Source: a virus
Lineage: Duplodnaviria > Caudoviricetes
Reading direction: 5' to 3' (one strand)
DNA: 64,000 nucleotides
IMG/VR virus record: IMGVR_UViG_3300028805_000061
Both the position numbers and the translations under genes were made by a program. Of this stretch, positions 46,904 to 56,575 are shown in pieces. Below the pieces are notes generated by a model. It was given only the letters and a program-made list of their open reading frames with translations. It was not told the origin of the DNA and made no database searches. How positions within the stretch are numbered: position 1 is the first letter of the stretch; the number at the start of each line of letters is the position of its first letter.

Positions 46904-48109
46904 ATGTCTAAACAAGTACAACTTATAATGGTTACAGACAAGAATAATAACAAATTCTATAACATGATTGAAGAAGGAGATCATATTAGAATAGAATATG
47001 GTAGGGTTGGTGCTGCTGTTAGAACTTGTACAAAACCCTTAAGTAAATGGGACTCTATTTATAGAGAAAAAACTGGTAAAGGATATCAAGATATTACAGC
47101 TTTAAAACAAGAAGTAAGAATGGTAGGCTATAAAGAAGTTCAAAATCCCGGTATAAAATATATTATAGATAAACTTATTAGTAGAGCAAGACAAACAATT
47201 GCAAATAACTATAGAGTTTCTTATAATCAAGTAACATTAGCTCAGATAAATGAAGCACAAGAAATAATAAATTCCTTAGCAACTACTATTCAAAGTACAG
47301 CAATTTCTACTTGGACTGATTATTTTAACCAACAATTATTAAAACTATATACAGTAATACCAAGAAGAATGGCTCATGTTCAAGATTATTTAATGAAAGA
47401 TAAATATTTAGTTTATGATGATTATAAAAGAAAAATAGCTCAAGAACAAGAATTACTTGATACAATGTCTACACAAGTGAAACAAAATCAAATTCTTAAT
47501 GAAGGAGATGAAGATAAAACTATTCTTGAAGCTACTGGATTAAATATGTATGAAGCTTCAGGTACTGATATAGAAATAATATTAGATAAGTTGGGAGATA
47601 ATAAAAATCAATTTAAGAATGCTTGGAGAATTGATAATTTAAAAACACTTAAAGATTATGAAGATTCTTATGAAAGTGTAGATGTCTTATCAAGAAAGAA
47701 TGATTTCTTCTGGCATGGGTCAAGAACAGAGAATTGGTGGTCTATTATTTCCAATGGTTTAATGATAAGACCTTCAAATGCAGTTTACACAGGTAGTATG
47801 TTTGGAGATGGTTTATACTTTGCTAGTAAAGCTCAAAAGTCTATAGGTTACACTTCATTAAGTAATTCTTATTGGTCACATGGAAAAGATGATGTAGCTT
47901 ATTTAGCATTATATAGAGTTAGAGTTGGTAAACAACTAATAGTAGATAAACATACAAGTGAATGTTATAAATATTCTTATCAATATTTAAAAGATAAAGG
48001 TTTTGATTCTACTTATGCTAAAGCTGGACAATCTTTAAGGAATGATGAATTTATTATTTATAATCCAGCACAATGTACTATTAGATATTTAGTTGAAATC
48101 ACTAAATAA
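46904..48109 (+). CDS. poly(ADP-ribose) polymerase-like ADP-ribosyltransferase (WGR + helical + catalytic domains)
   Basis: NNNKFY...YGRVG (WGR); LYTVIP (helical domain); FWHGSR...II.NGL...GSMFGDGLYFA..AQKSIGY...NDEFIIYN..Q..IRYLVE (H-Y-E triad). Confidence 0.92.
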   Translation: MSKQVQLIMVTDKNNNKFYNMIEEGDHIRIEYGRVGAAVRTCTKPLSKWDSIYREKTGKGYQDITALKQEVRMVGYKEVQNPGIKYIIDKLISRARQTIANNYRVSYNQVTLAQINEAQEIINSLATTIQSTAISTWTDYFNQQLLKLYTVIPRRMAHVQDYLMKDKYLVYDDYKRKIAQEQELLDTMSTQVKQNQILNEGDEDKTILEATGLNMYEASGTDIEIILDKLGDNKNQFKNAWRIDNLKTLKDYEDSYESVDVLSRKNDFFWHGSRTENWWSIISNGLMIRPSNAVYTGSMFGDGLYFASKAQKSIGYTSLSNSYWSHGKDDVAYLALYRVRVGKQLIVDKHTSECYKYSYQYLKDKGFDSTYAKAGQSLRNDEFIIYNPAQCTIRYLVEITK

Positions 48110-48163
48110 AAGAGATAATAGCCTTTAAGATTATATTTTATAAAAATATTATAGGAATATTTT

Positions 48164-48895
48164 ATGCAAGAATCAGTAGCTACTGGAATAGTTAATTTTA
48201 TTGGTGATCAAATGCCAGAATTCAAAAAAGTTATGGACTCTTTTTATGATCCTGATACAGGTTTTACTGAAACATTACAAAGAAGATTAGCTGAAGTTCC
48301 TTATGATATTAAAGAGACTAAATGGTATGCTACTGTGTGGAATATGGGTAAACCTGAAATGTTATCTCATAGACCGAAGATATTTAAAGTAAGAGAGGTT
48401 CAATGGGTTAATAATCTGGGAGATCTTGTTAAAGCTGAAGAGGCTCAAGACCCTATAACATTACAAGCTAAGCCAGGGTATGCTGCTGTATCACCAGATT
48501 ATAGATTCTCTATTGTACAGTCTACTCTTAATTTAGACTTTATATTTAATTCTATAGATAATGCTAGTACTTTTCAAGAATTGTTTACACTTAGAGTTTA
48601 TATGAGTAGAAGTACTTATATGGTTTTACCTATTATTGGTAAATGTTGTGTATATATTGATGAAGTTGCTATGGGAGAAATTGACAAATTTGATAGACTG
48701 GCTCAAGGTACTCTATTGAGTATACCTATTGATATGATTATTACTTACCCATTAATAGCTCCTATAATTCCACCTAAAGATCAACCAGCATTTACAACAG
48801 AACGCAAACCTTTGATATCTGAAATTAAATTTGATTATAAAACAGAAAATAAAATAAAACGTAAAAGAAATAAAGGAGACATTAAAAATGGCTAA
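48164..48895 (+). CDS. putative tail terminator/sheath stabiliser
   Basis: Position among tail genes; beta-rich LNLDFIF...IDMIITYP. Confidence 0.45.
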   Translation: MQESVATGIVNFIGDQMPEFKKVMDSFYDPDTGFTETLQRRLAEVPYDIKETKWYATVWNMGKPEMLSHRPKIFKVREVQWVNNLGDLVKAEEAQDPITLQAKPGYAAVSPDYRFSIVQSTLNLDFIFNSIDNASTFQELFTLRVYMSRSTYMVLPIIGKCCVYIDEVAMGEIDKFDRLAQGTLLSIPIDMIITYPLIAPIIPPKDQPAFTTERKPLISEIKFDYKTENKIKRKRNKGDIKNG

Positions 48896-49115
48896 AAAAC
48901 AACAAGAAGAAATACTTGTAACAGCGACAAATGCTGAAAACAATCAAGTTAAAAGTGGAAAAGGTATGTTATTTTCTAGACTTGATTATGCTGAAAAATA
49001 TACTTATAATGGTGAAACTTGTATGATAACACCCAAGGGAAAAATTAAAGTAGATGATATATCTAAAGTAGGAACTCCCTTAGCTAAAGGTTTACTTTTA
49101 AGAAAAATAGATTAA
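48888..49115 (+). CDS. small hypothetical virion protein
   Basis: RBS AAGGAG; followed by a terminator. Confidence 0.65.
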   Translation: MAKKQQEEILVTATNAENNQVKSGKGMLFSRLDYAEKYTYNGETCMITPKGKIKVDDISKVGTPLAKGLLLRKID

Positions 49116-49160
49116 GTCTTCTAATATCCTCGAGTAATAATTTAATAATGGGAATTTAAA

Positions 49161-49194
49161 AGGAGTACTTTAATCTAGTACTCCTGTTTTATTG
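49161..49194 (+). terminator. intrinsic terminator
   Basis: AGGAGTACT / AGTACTCCT followed by a T tract. Confidence 0.7.
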
Positions 49195-49230
49195 TGTTAT
49201 ATTTATATAATAAAATAGTAAGGATTTATA

Positions 49231-49782
49231 ATGATAACACCACAAAGTTTTGAAACTATTGATCAGCTTAGACAATTAGAACCGGCTAGAACATATTTAT
49301 GGGATTTATCATTTTCTTTTTTACCATTTAATAATGGTCAAAATTCTAGTTATGCTGGTATTGGACTAAGTTCGTATATTCCTACTAAGGTTGTTGCATG
49401 GATTCCTGCTGATACATTAAATAGAACAGTTAGTATAATTCAATCTTCCGATGTTACCACTGGACAAAATAATTATAGATTTCCATCTGGAACTACTTCT
49501 AAAGATATCACTATTAATTTCATTGATGATTATAAAAATTCTATTAGAGATTGGATTGAAGCTTGGATGGAGTATGTTATTCTTTGTAATGGTAATGGTG
49601 TTAATTTTCTTTCTAATATAGTTGATACACTTACAATTGTTGATCTTTTACCTACCCATGAAGTAAATAAAACTACAAAATTAAATGTTTATCCAGATGG
49701 ACCACTTCAAGATACCTATACAAGTGATTCTGGAATTAAAGTTTATTCACAGAATTTTGTAGTATGTGGTAAAGCTAACTAG
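49231..49782 (+). CDS. tail tube paralogue / tube initiator (gp54/gp19-like)
   Basis: TIDQLRQLEPARTYLWDL parallels TINQLRALTDFAPSYRWDM of 39172; ITINFIDD...IRDW...W. Confidence 0.7.
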   Translation: MITPQSFETIDQLRQLEPARTYLWDLSFSFLPFNNGQNSSYAGIGLSSYIPTKVVAWIPADTLNRTVSIIQSSDVTTGQNNYRFPSGTTSKDITINFIDDYKNSIRDWIEAWMEYVILCNGNGVNFLSNIVDTLTIVDLLPTHEVNKTTKLNVYPDGPLQDTYTSDSGIKVYSQNFVVCGKAN

Positions 49783-49821
49783 ATACCTTATTTATAATAT
49801 GTTATAAGTAAGGAGATTATT

Positions 49822-50976
49822 ATGCCTAAAGAAGAAACTATGTCAGAGAGAGAAATAAGATTAGCTGCTGAAATGGGTAAACCAGTTTCAGCAGAAACAC
49901 AAAAAACTATACTTGAACAAGCTAAAGAAAGAACAAGAAAAAGAGTTCAAGAATTAAATGAAATGAAAGCTGCTGAAGAAGCAAGAAAAGCTGAGGAAGA
50001 AAGATTAGCTAATATGCCTCCAATGAGTAAAAGACAAAAGAGATTATATGAACAACAGCAACAAGAAAATGTTACTGGTAAAGAAATTTATGAAGAAATA
50101 ATAGCTAGACAACAAGAAGTAGAAGATACTGTGTATAATAGAGACATTACCCCCCAACAACAATTTATAAATAATAAAATGTTTGGTGATATTGAACAAA
50201 ATAAAACTTCTATAGTAAAATTTAAACCTGCTGAAATAGGTAATAGATTTAAAAAAATAAAAGTAGATAAACTACCTTCTCACTTTTTATCATATCCACA
50301 AAATGCTGAAATTTATATAACTCCATATTCAGGAGATGATGTAGATGAATTATCAAATAATAATTTGTCACTTAAGTATATTTTAACTAAAGCTTTAGAA
50401 GGTATTTATACTAATTTTGATAAAAAACAACTTACTTTTTATGATCTAGTTTATTTATCATTTTATAGAAGAATACTTTCAGTTAATGAGAATAAGATTA
50501 GAGTAATGTCACAATGCCCTTATTGTGGTAAGTTTTCTACCCATGAAATAGAAATTGATAAGCAATTAGATTTTGACGATGTTAAAATACCTACATTACC
50601 AGTTAATATAGATTTTTCATTTGGTAGACTCTCATTTACTTTTTTAACTTATGAAAATTATATGAAATTAGAAACTGAATTAAGATCAGAAGAATTAGCT
50701 TATCAATGTATTACTGATTGTGATATTGATACAGAAGCTGGTCAAACAAGAGAAAGTGAATTACAAAAATTATTTGGTAGTTTAGTTGGAGAAGATCAAG
50801 CTTTATTAACTAAATTGAGAGAACTTCTATATCATGGAGTTAAACCTATAAATACTTTGTGTCAAAATACAGAATGTGGTAAAACTTATGAAACTATTCT
50901 TGATGAAATGAATGCTATATTAATACCATTTTTTCCATCCACAAAGGATTATAGAGCTAAAGTGTCTTTTGGCTAA
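49822..50976 (+). CDS. baseplate hub/tail assembly chaperone (T4 gp26-like)
   Basis: LPS....YP...I.I.PY...D, LTFYD..YL...RR, CPYCG, C....CG...; directly before the tape measure gene. Confidence 0.75.
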   Translation: MPKEETMSEREIRLAAEMGKPVSAETQKTILEQAKERTRKRVQELNEMKAAEEARKAEEERLANMPPMSKRQKRLYEQQQQENVTGKEIYEEIIARQQEVEDTVYNRDITPQQQFINNKMFGDIEQNKTSIVKFKPAEIGNRFKKIKVDKLPSHFLSYPQNAEIYITPYSGDDVDELSNNNLSLKYILTKALEGIYTNFDKKQLTFYDLVYLSFYRRILSVNENKIRVMSQCPYCGKFSTHEIEIDKQLDFDDVKIPTLPVNIDFSFGRLSFTFLTYENYMKLETELRSEELAYQCITDCDIDTEAGQTRESELQKLFGSLVGEDQALLTKLRELLYHGVKPINTLCQNTECGKTYETILDEMNAILIPFFPSTKDYRAKVSFG

Positions 50977-51136
50977 ACACAATATTTGTAATGTTATTGA
51001 TTTTGGTAAATTACCATTTCCTGAAATACTTGACTTTGAAGCTTATATAAAACAAACTGATCCTTCAATGGCTAAACAAGTTCAAGAAGAGGCTGAGATC
51101 AATAAAATGATTGAAGTGTTTAAAAACATTAAGTAG
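50924..51136 (+). CDS. +1-frame ORF (gp51/GT-like chaperone extension) without a good start
   Basis: Frame opens right at CCA TTT TTT C; ...RIIELKCLLAKHNICNVIDFGKLPFPEILDFEAYIKQ...; fills the gap to the tape measure gene. Confidence 0.6.
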   Translation, partial: YHFFHPQRIIELKCLLAKHNICNVIDFGKLPFPEILDFEAYIKQTDPSMAKQVQEEAEINKMIEVFKNIK

Positions 51137-51178
51137 GTTTATATTTATTATAAATGATAAAATTTCAAGGATTTTAAT

Positions 51179-54100
51179 ATGGCAGATTTTGATCCCTTTG
51201 ATAGTGATATAACTAATGAAGATTCCCCTAGAGGACCGGGTAGACCAAGAACTAGACAAATAAGAGAAAAAGGTAGTGTTGGTAGACCTCGTGTTAGACC
51301 AATAAATGATCCAAGTTCTAGAAGAAGAGGTAGACCTAATGTTACACCTGGTAGTGTAGCTGATTCAATTGCTACTGAAACTATTGTATCTGGTCAAATG
51401 ACTGCTAAAGCTATTAATGCAAGTGTACAAGGTTTGCAAGGTGCTATAGGGGCTTTTCAAAAGGGGGTGGTCAATCCCTTAGCTACTCAAATAAGTGCTT
51501 TTTCACAAGCTATTGGAAGATTTAATAGTTCACATCAAGAGTTTTTAAGAGAACAAATTGCTGTTGCAAAAGATTTTCATGAAACTTATAAGATGATAAG
51601 AAAAATTGGACTTGATCCAATAATAAGAAATGCTGAACGTTCTAGAATGGCTATAGCTTCTGTTACAGATGTAATGAAGCAAATTAATAAGGAGAAATAT
51701 CAGGGAAAAGATTATGAACAAATGATTTCTTCCTTAACTTCTATGGATAGAAAATTAAATAGGATGGTTACAGCTGGTGTAGTAGGTACTGAAGCTACCG
51801 ATACTTTTCTTAGAGAATATTATAAATCTTCAAAAGGTACTTCTAAATTTTTAAATGCTGTAACATTTGCTGCAGAAGATATTGCAGAAGATATTCAATT
51901 ATTGAAAAATGATTTGAATAAATATTTTAAAGGTAAAAATAGTTCAAAAACAGTTTTACAAGATCAATCTGAATCCCTTAGAAGAATAGAAAAGAACACT
52001 AAAGGCATGGGAATTATGGTGGCTTCTTCACTGATGTCAGGAATAGCCGCTATAGTTAAAACTGCTTTTACTTTTAACAAATATGGTACAACCGATGCTC
52101 TTACTAGTTTGTTAGGAATAGGGCAAAAAGGTGCTTCAAGAGCAGCTTTAGAAAATGGCCCTTTATCAGGAATATTTTCTAAAATGGGAAGAAAAGCTAC
52201 TAGTTCTACTACTTTTCAAGAAGCTTCATTAGGAGGGTATGGTGATTTTGCTAGAAAAGGGGCTGAGGGTTTTGAGAGAGCTAGTAGAAGAGCTAGAGAA
52301 GGTTTTAGTAATATAAGAGATTTAACTAAAGCAATTTCTGATGCTTGGAATTCTTCTAAAGTAAAATGGTTTTGGGATGTTGGCTTAAAAATGATTGCTG
52401 ATAGGTGGGAACGTTCTGGAGCTATAGGAGTTTCCATAGTAAGTAGAGTTAAAAAAGCTTACAGTAGAAAAAATTATCAGGGTCCACATCCAGGGGGTAG
52501 ATCTTACTGGGGAAGTCAAGAAGAAGCTTTAGCTGGTATTCAAAGGACTATAGAAAAATACAATAAATCCCAATCAATGTGGAATGACATGGAGGGCTGG
52601 CAATCAGATAATGAAGCTCAGTTAGCATTTAGTCCAGAATTTTTAAGAGCTAACCCCTTACCAAAAAACAGAAGATATAGTTCTTTAAATAATGTAGTTG
52701 ATGCTAGATCAAGATTTGGTAAAACTAAGAGAACTCAATCAGGTGTTAAAATAGATGCTCAAGTAGATGCTGCTATGGGAAAAGGTGCTAAAGTAATCTC
52801 AATTAACCCTAAATCAACAAATCAAATTGGTTCAGCTGATGTATCTACTCCCAGAAAAGCTTGGGGTAGTTTAACAAAAATACAAGGTAGAATTCTTGGA
52901 GTTCTTCAAAGATTAGAAAAACATATTAGAGGAATTGATGAAAATACCGAAAATCTTGATGAATTAGAAAACCAAAAAGGGGAAGGACTTCTAGGAGGGG
53001 TACTTAAAGGTGCTGCTGCACTAGGCTTAGGCAGAATGCTTTTAAAAAATAGAAAATTTTTAAAAGGTAAAGGGGGTAAAGGGCTTTCTTTATTAGGTAA
53101 AATGGTTTTCGGTGCTGCTGCTGCAAGAAAAGGTTTCCAAGGACTTAAAGCTGTAGGTAAAATGGGTAAACTAGGTAAAGTTGGTGCTGGAGCTAGAGTT
53201 TTATGGGATACCTTAGGTTGGGGGAATTCCAGCATTGGCAATGGGGCAATGCAAGCTGTTGGTCAGTTTAAAAATACTAAATTAGGTAGAAGTTTTCTCG
53301 GTAGAGGACTTAGACAAATGAGAGTAGCAGCTGCTGGCTATGGTCAAGGAGCTGGATCAAGATTACTTAGAGCTTTTGCCCATAGTAGAAAATGGGGTGG
53401 AGGATTATTAGGTAATACTATAGGAGCTTATCATGGTTTTGTTGCTCCAGCTAGAAGTATAGAAGGTTTTGCTAGAATGGCAAATCCCAACAGAGGACTA
53501 AGTCTACTTCAAAAAGGTGGTTTATTAATGGATAAAGCCGGAGCTGGTATAGTTTCTGGTGCTAAAGCAGCTGGGGGAGCAATATCTAATGTAGCTACAT
53601 CTGCTGGTAATTGGTTAGGAGGAATAGGTAAACTTCCTAAACAGAATATATTTGCTAAAGCTGGTGGAGCTATTGCTAAAATGGGATCTGGTGCTGGAGT
53701 AGGAGCTAGCTTAATGAAGGGTCTTGGAGCTTTTGTTAAAAAACTCCCAGTAATAGGTGGTATACTTCAAATATGTTTAGCTATTAATGATTTTAAACAT
53801 GGTAAAATATGGGATGGCCTTTGGGGAATAACAATGGGTCTATTAAGTTGTTTCCCTGCTACTGCTTTAATAGGTTTAGTAGGTTCTGTCGCTTGGGATG
53901 CTGGTAAACTTATAAATAAAAAATTAAAAGACAAAGAAGGTCTTAATGATGCTAAAACAAAGAAAGGTATTTTAAGTTTCTTTGGAGTAAAGAGTAAAAC
54001 TTCTGGATCAACTACTCCTATAGGAGGTTCTGCAAGTTCAACTGATTCTTCTACTTCAGCAAATCCCGCTACTAAAAAAGGTGGAGTATTAGCTGGAATG

Positions 54101-54838
54101 AAAGCTGCTGCAAAAGCTGGTGTAGCTTCATTAAATAAAGCTGCAGCTACAATAGCTGGTTCTTCTGTAGCTAAAGAAGCTGGTAATATGGCTAATAATA
54201 TTGCTTCTTCTAGAGGTATTAATTGGGGTTCAACTAATCATAGTCGAATGATGCCAGAGTTTATGCAAAAATTTAATGCTGCAGCAGATGAATATTATAA
54301 AGCTACTGGTAAAAAAGTTAAAGTAAATTCAGCAATAAGAACAAATAAAAGACAAGCTGAATTATACTTGGAAAAAGCTTTAGGATTAAACCCCAGGGAT
54401 GTAGCTCCTCCTACTTATGATGAATTAGTAGAATATAGAGGTAAAAATTATCTAGTAAAAGGTAATGGTAAGAAAATGAGAACAGGTCACTTAGTAGGAG
54501 GAGCTGTAGATATACAAGATCCTTACCCCTTTATTCCTTATGCTCAAAAATATGGTTTAAGATGGCAAGGAAAAACAGATGCTGTACATTTTCAAATAGA
54601 TAAAAAAGGCCCAGTAACATCACAAGCCACTAATATAACTAGCACTCCCCCTGGTACTAAAGTAATAGGAGATGGTCCTCCTGAATCAAATTCTTCTACT
54701 GGAATAATATCAATGGGTTCTAATAATTCAGGAGGAAGTATTCCAGCTGGTCAACCAAATGTTAATTCCTCTACAGAAATATCTCCTATGATTCAAGATT
54801 ATGGTTTAGCTATAATTAATAATCTATTATTTACATAA
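51179..54838 (+). CDS. tape measure protein with C-terminal M15-type peptidoglycan peptidase
   Basis: 1219 aa, helical and Gly/Lys-rich, TM hairpin (KKLPVIGGILQI...); SAIRT..RQ...H..GGAVDI...GLRW....DAVHFQ. Confidence 0.85.
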   Translation: MADFDPFDSDITNEDSPRGPGRPRTRQIREKGSVGRPRVRPINDPSSRRRGRPNVTPGSVADSIATETIVSGQMTAKAINASVQGLQGAIGAFQKGVVNPLATQISAFSQAIGRFNSSHQEFLREQIAVAKDFHETYKMIRKIGLDPIIRNAERSRMAIASVTDVMKQINKEKYQGKDYEQMISSLTSMDRKLNRMVTAGVVGTEATDTFLREYYKSSKGTSKFLNAVTFAAEDIAEDIQLLKNDLNKYFKGKNSSKTVLQDQSESLRRIEKNTKGMGIMVASSLMSGIAAIVKTAFTFNKYGTTDALTSLLGIGQKGASRAALENGPLSGIFSKMGRKATSSTTFQEASLGGYGDFARKGAEGFERASRRAREGFSNIRDLTKAISDAWNSSKVKWFWDVGLKMIADRWERSGAIGVSIVSRVKKAYSRKNYQGPHPGGRSYWGSQEEALAGIQRTIEKYNKSQSMWNDMEGWQSDNEAQLAFSPEFLRANPLPKNRRYSSLNNVVDARSRFGKTKRTQSGVKIDAQVDAAMGKGAKVISINPKSTNQIGSADVSTPRKAWGSLTKIQGRILGVLQRLEKHIRGIDENTENLDELENQKGEGLLGGVLKGAAALGLGRMLLKNRKFLKGKGGKGLSLLGKMVFGAAAARKGFQGLKAVGKMGKLGKVGAGARVLWDTLGWGNSSIGNGAMQAVGQFKNTKLGRSFLGRGLRQMRVAAAGYGQGAGSRLLRAFAHSRKWGGGLLGNTIGAYHGFVAPARSIEGFARMANPNRGLSLLQKGGLLMDKAGAGIVSGAKAAGGAISNVATSAGNWLGGIGKLPKQNIFAKAGGAIAKMGSGAGVGASLMKGLGAFVKKLPVIGGILQICLAINDFKHGKIWDGLWGITMGLLSCFPATALIGLVGSVAWDAGKLINKKLKDKEGLNDAKTKKGILSFFGVKSKTSGSTTPIGGSASSTDSSTSANPATKKGGVLAGMKAAAKAGVASLNKAAATIAGSSVAKEAGNMANNIASSRGINWGSTNHSRMMPEFMQKFNAAADEYYKATGKKVKVNSAIRTNKRQAELYLEKALGLNPRDVAPPTYDELVEYRGKNYLVKGNGKKMRTGHLVGGAVDIQDPYPFIPYAQKYGLRWQGKTDAVHFQIDKKGPVTSQATNITSTPPGTKVIGDGPPESNSSTGIISMGSNNSGGSIPAGQPNVNSSTEISPMIQDYGLAIINNLLFT

Positions 54839-54872
54839 AGATTAATTTATAATAAATAAGGGAAGTAAATAA

Positions 54873-55622
54873 ATGACTAATATAGATTTAAACTCTTTAC
54901 TACAAGATAATAGTCACATATATGCTTTAAGAATAATCCCCCCAGAAAATTCTGGGGCTGATGACTTATTAGAAGGGGGTATAATTAAGGGGTTTTTAAC
55001 TAATCAATTAAGTTGGTCTGCTAGTAATACCTGGGAGGGGTTACATTCTGGATTTTCTAGTATAAAAGGTCAAGCCGAAAATATAAATAAATTAGAAATA
55101 ATGGCTTCGCAATTTAAAGTAGGAGATGCAGCTGCTGAAAATGCCGGTATAGGAGCTGGTCAACATGCTGTTCAAGGTATTACTGAATCTATTGCTAGAT
55201 ATACTGGTTCACAAAAACCTACATTCTCTTTTAATATGATGTTAGTAAGTTTAACACCCGATACAGATATAATAACCCCAATTAAAATATTGTTAAAAGG
55301 TTGTTATCCAAGAACAGCTACTGCTGGAACTATGGAAGCTCCTTATGGATATGAAACTGGTATTACTGGAGGTTTATCAGAACAAGATGGAGCTTCTGGT
55401 AAAACTAGTATGTCAGCAAAAAATGTATGGTCAGTAAGAGCTGGGAAATGGTTTTATTGCCCTATGTTAGTATTAACCAGTTGTAATGTTAATTTTTCTC
55501 AACAGTGTACCCCTAAAGGTAACCCTCTATTTGCAGAAGTACAATTAGTGTTTGAAACTTGGAGATTGATTACAGCTAATGAAGTAGAAGAATTTTTTGC
55601 ATTAGGAAAAATAATGGAGTAA
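54873..55622 (+). CDS. baseplate tube cap/initiator (gp48-like)
   Basis: YTGS.KPTFSFNM.L, V..G.WF....VLTSCNV.FS....P.G.P.FAEV.L.F. Confidence 0.6.
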   Translation: MTNIDLNSLLQDNSHIYALRIIPPENSGADDLLEGGIIKGFLTNQLSWSASNTWEGLHSGFSSIKGQAENINKLEIMASQFKVGDAAAENAGIGAGQHAVQGITESIARYTGSQKPTFSFNMMLVSLTPDTDIITPIKILLKGCYPRTATAGTMEAPYGYETGITGGLSEQDGASGKTSMSAKNVWSVRAGKWFYCPMLVLTSCNVNFSQQCTPKGNPLFAEVQLVFETWRLITANEVEEFFALGKIME

Positions 55623-55627
55623 ATTAA

Positions 55628-56575
55628 ATGGCAGAAACAGATCAACCTAAAAAAGGTAGTACAAGTAAATTTCAAGATGTATTAGGTAAAACTGATGCAT
55701 TAATATATAATGCTTTAGGAGTTAATGTAGAAAGCCTATTAAATGCTTTAGGTATAAAATCTTTAAAGGATATAAAAAATATTGATTTTACAAAAATTAA
55801 TTGGGGAGCATTATTAGCAATACTATATGCACTAAATCCACAACAATTGAAAGCTCTATTATCTAAATTTAGTTTTAGTAATTTTAGTTTAAGATCTTTG
55901 TTAAGTTTATTAGGTTTCCCTCAAGATATAATACAATTATTAGAACAAATAAAATCAGCTTTTTCAGAAGGGGGAGGGATTTTTACTGGAGGAACACAAA
56001 CATTAGGTATAGCAAATACTTTTGTTCCAGCTTCAGGTTGGTTACCAGGCAATGATGAATCTCAGTTAGATATTAATAATCCTCCAATAACAGGTTTAAC
56101 TTTAGTTGTTCCAGACAATCCTAACAATAGTTCTTATGTTACTCCAGGTAGCGAAAATATATTAAATGTTTTAGCAGGGGTTAATTCTCTTGAAGAAACA
56201 CTTACTGCTACAATTCCACAGGGTGGAATAAGTAATTTCTATTATGATTATGTAGACACTCCAGTAAGATATGAATCATCAAAATTCTTCCCTTTTAGTG
56301 AAGTAGGAGGATTTGATATTATAAGAAGTTATTTTGCACAACAATTAGGTTATATTCCAGAATTTGGAGATATGGAGATTGTTACCAATGAAGGGAGAGT
56401 TGATTTATGTGCAGTAGACACTTTAGGAGAAACTCAATATTTCTGGATTTTAATGATGTATAATGGTATTATAGATGTAAATGAATTGAAAACTGGTACT
56501 ATATTAAAAATACCAGACAAAAATAAATTAGAAGAACTTTATTTCAGAGTTAAATCCATAGGAGGAGATATCTAA
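55628..56575 (+). CDS. baseplate wedge protein with LysM-like domain (gp53-like)
   Basis: EGRVDL.A...LG.TQYFWILMMYNGI....L..G.ILKIP. Confidence 0.75.
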   Translation: MAETDQPKKGSTSKFQDVLGKTDALIYNALGVNVESLLNALGIKSLKDIKNIDFTKINWGALLAILYALNPQQLKALLSKFSFSNFSLRSLLSLLGFPQDIIQLLEQIKSAFSEGGGIFTGGTQTLGIANTFVPASGWLPGNDESQLDINNPPITGLTLVVPDNPNNSSYVTPGSENILNVLAGVNSLEETLTATIPQGGISNFYYDYVDTPVRYESSKFFPFSEVGGFDIIRSYFAQQLGYIPEFGDMEIVTNEGRVDLCAVDTLGETQYFWILMMYNGIIDVNELKTGTILKIPDKNKLEELYFRVKSIGGDI

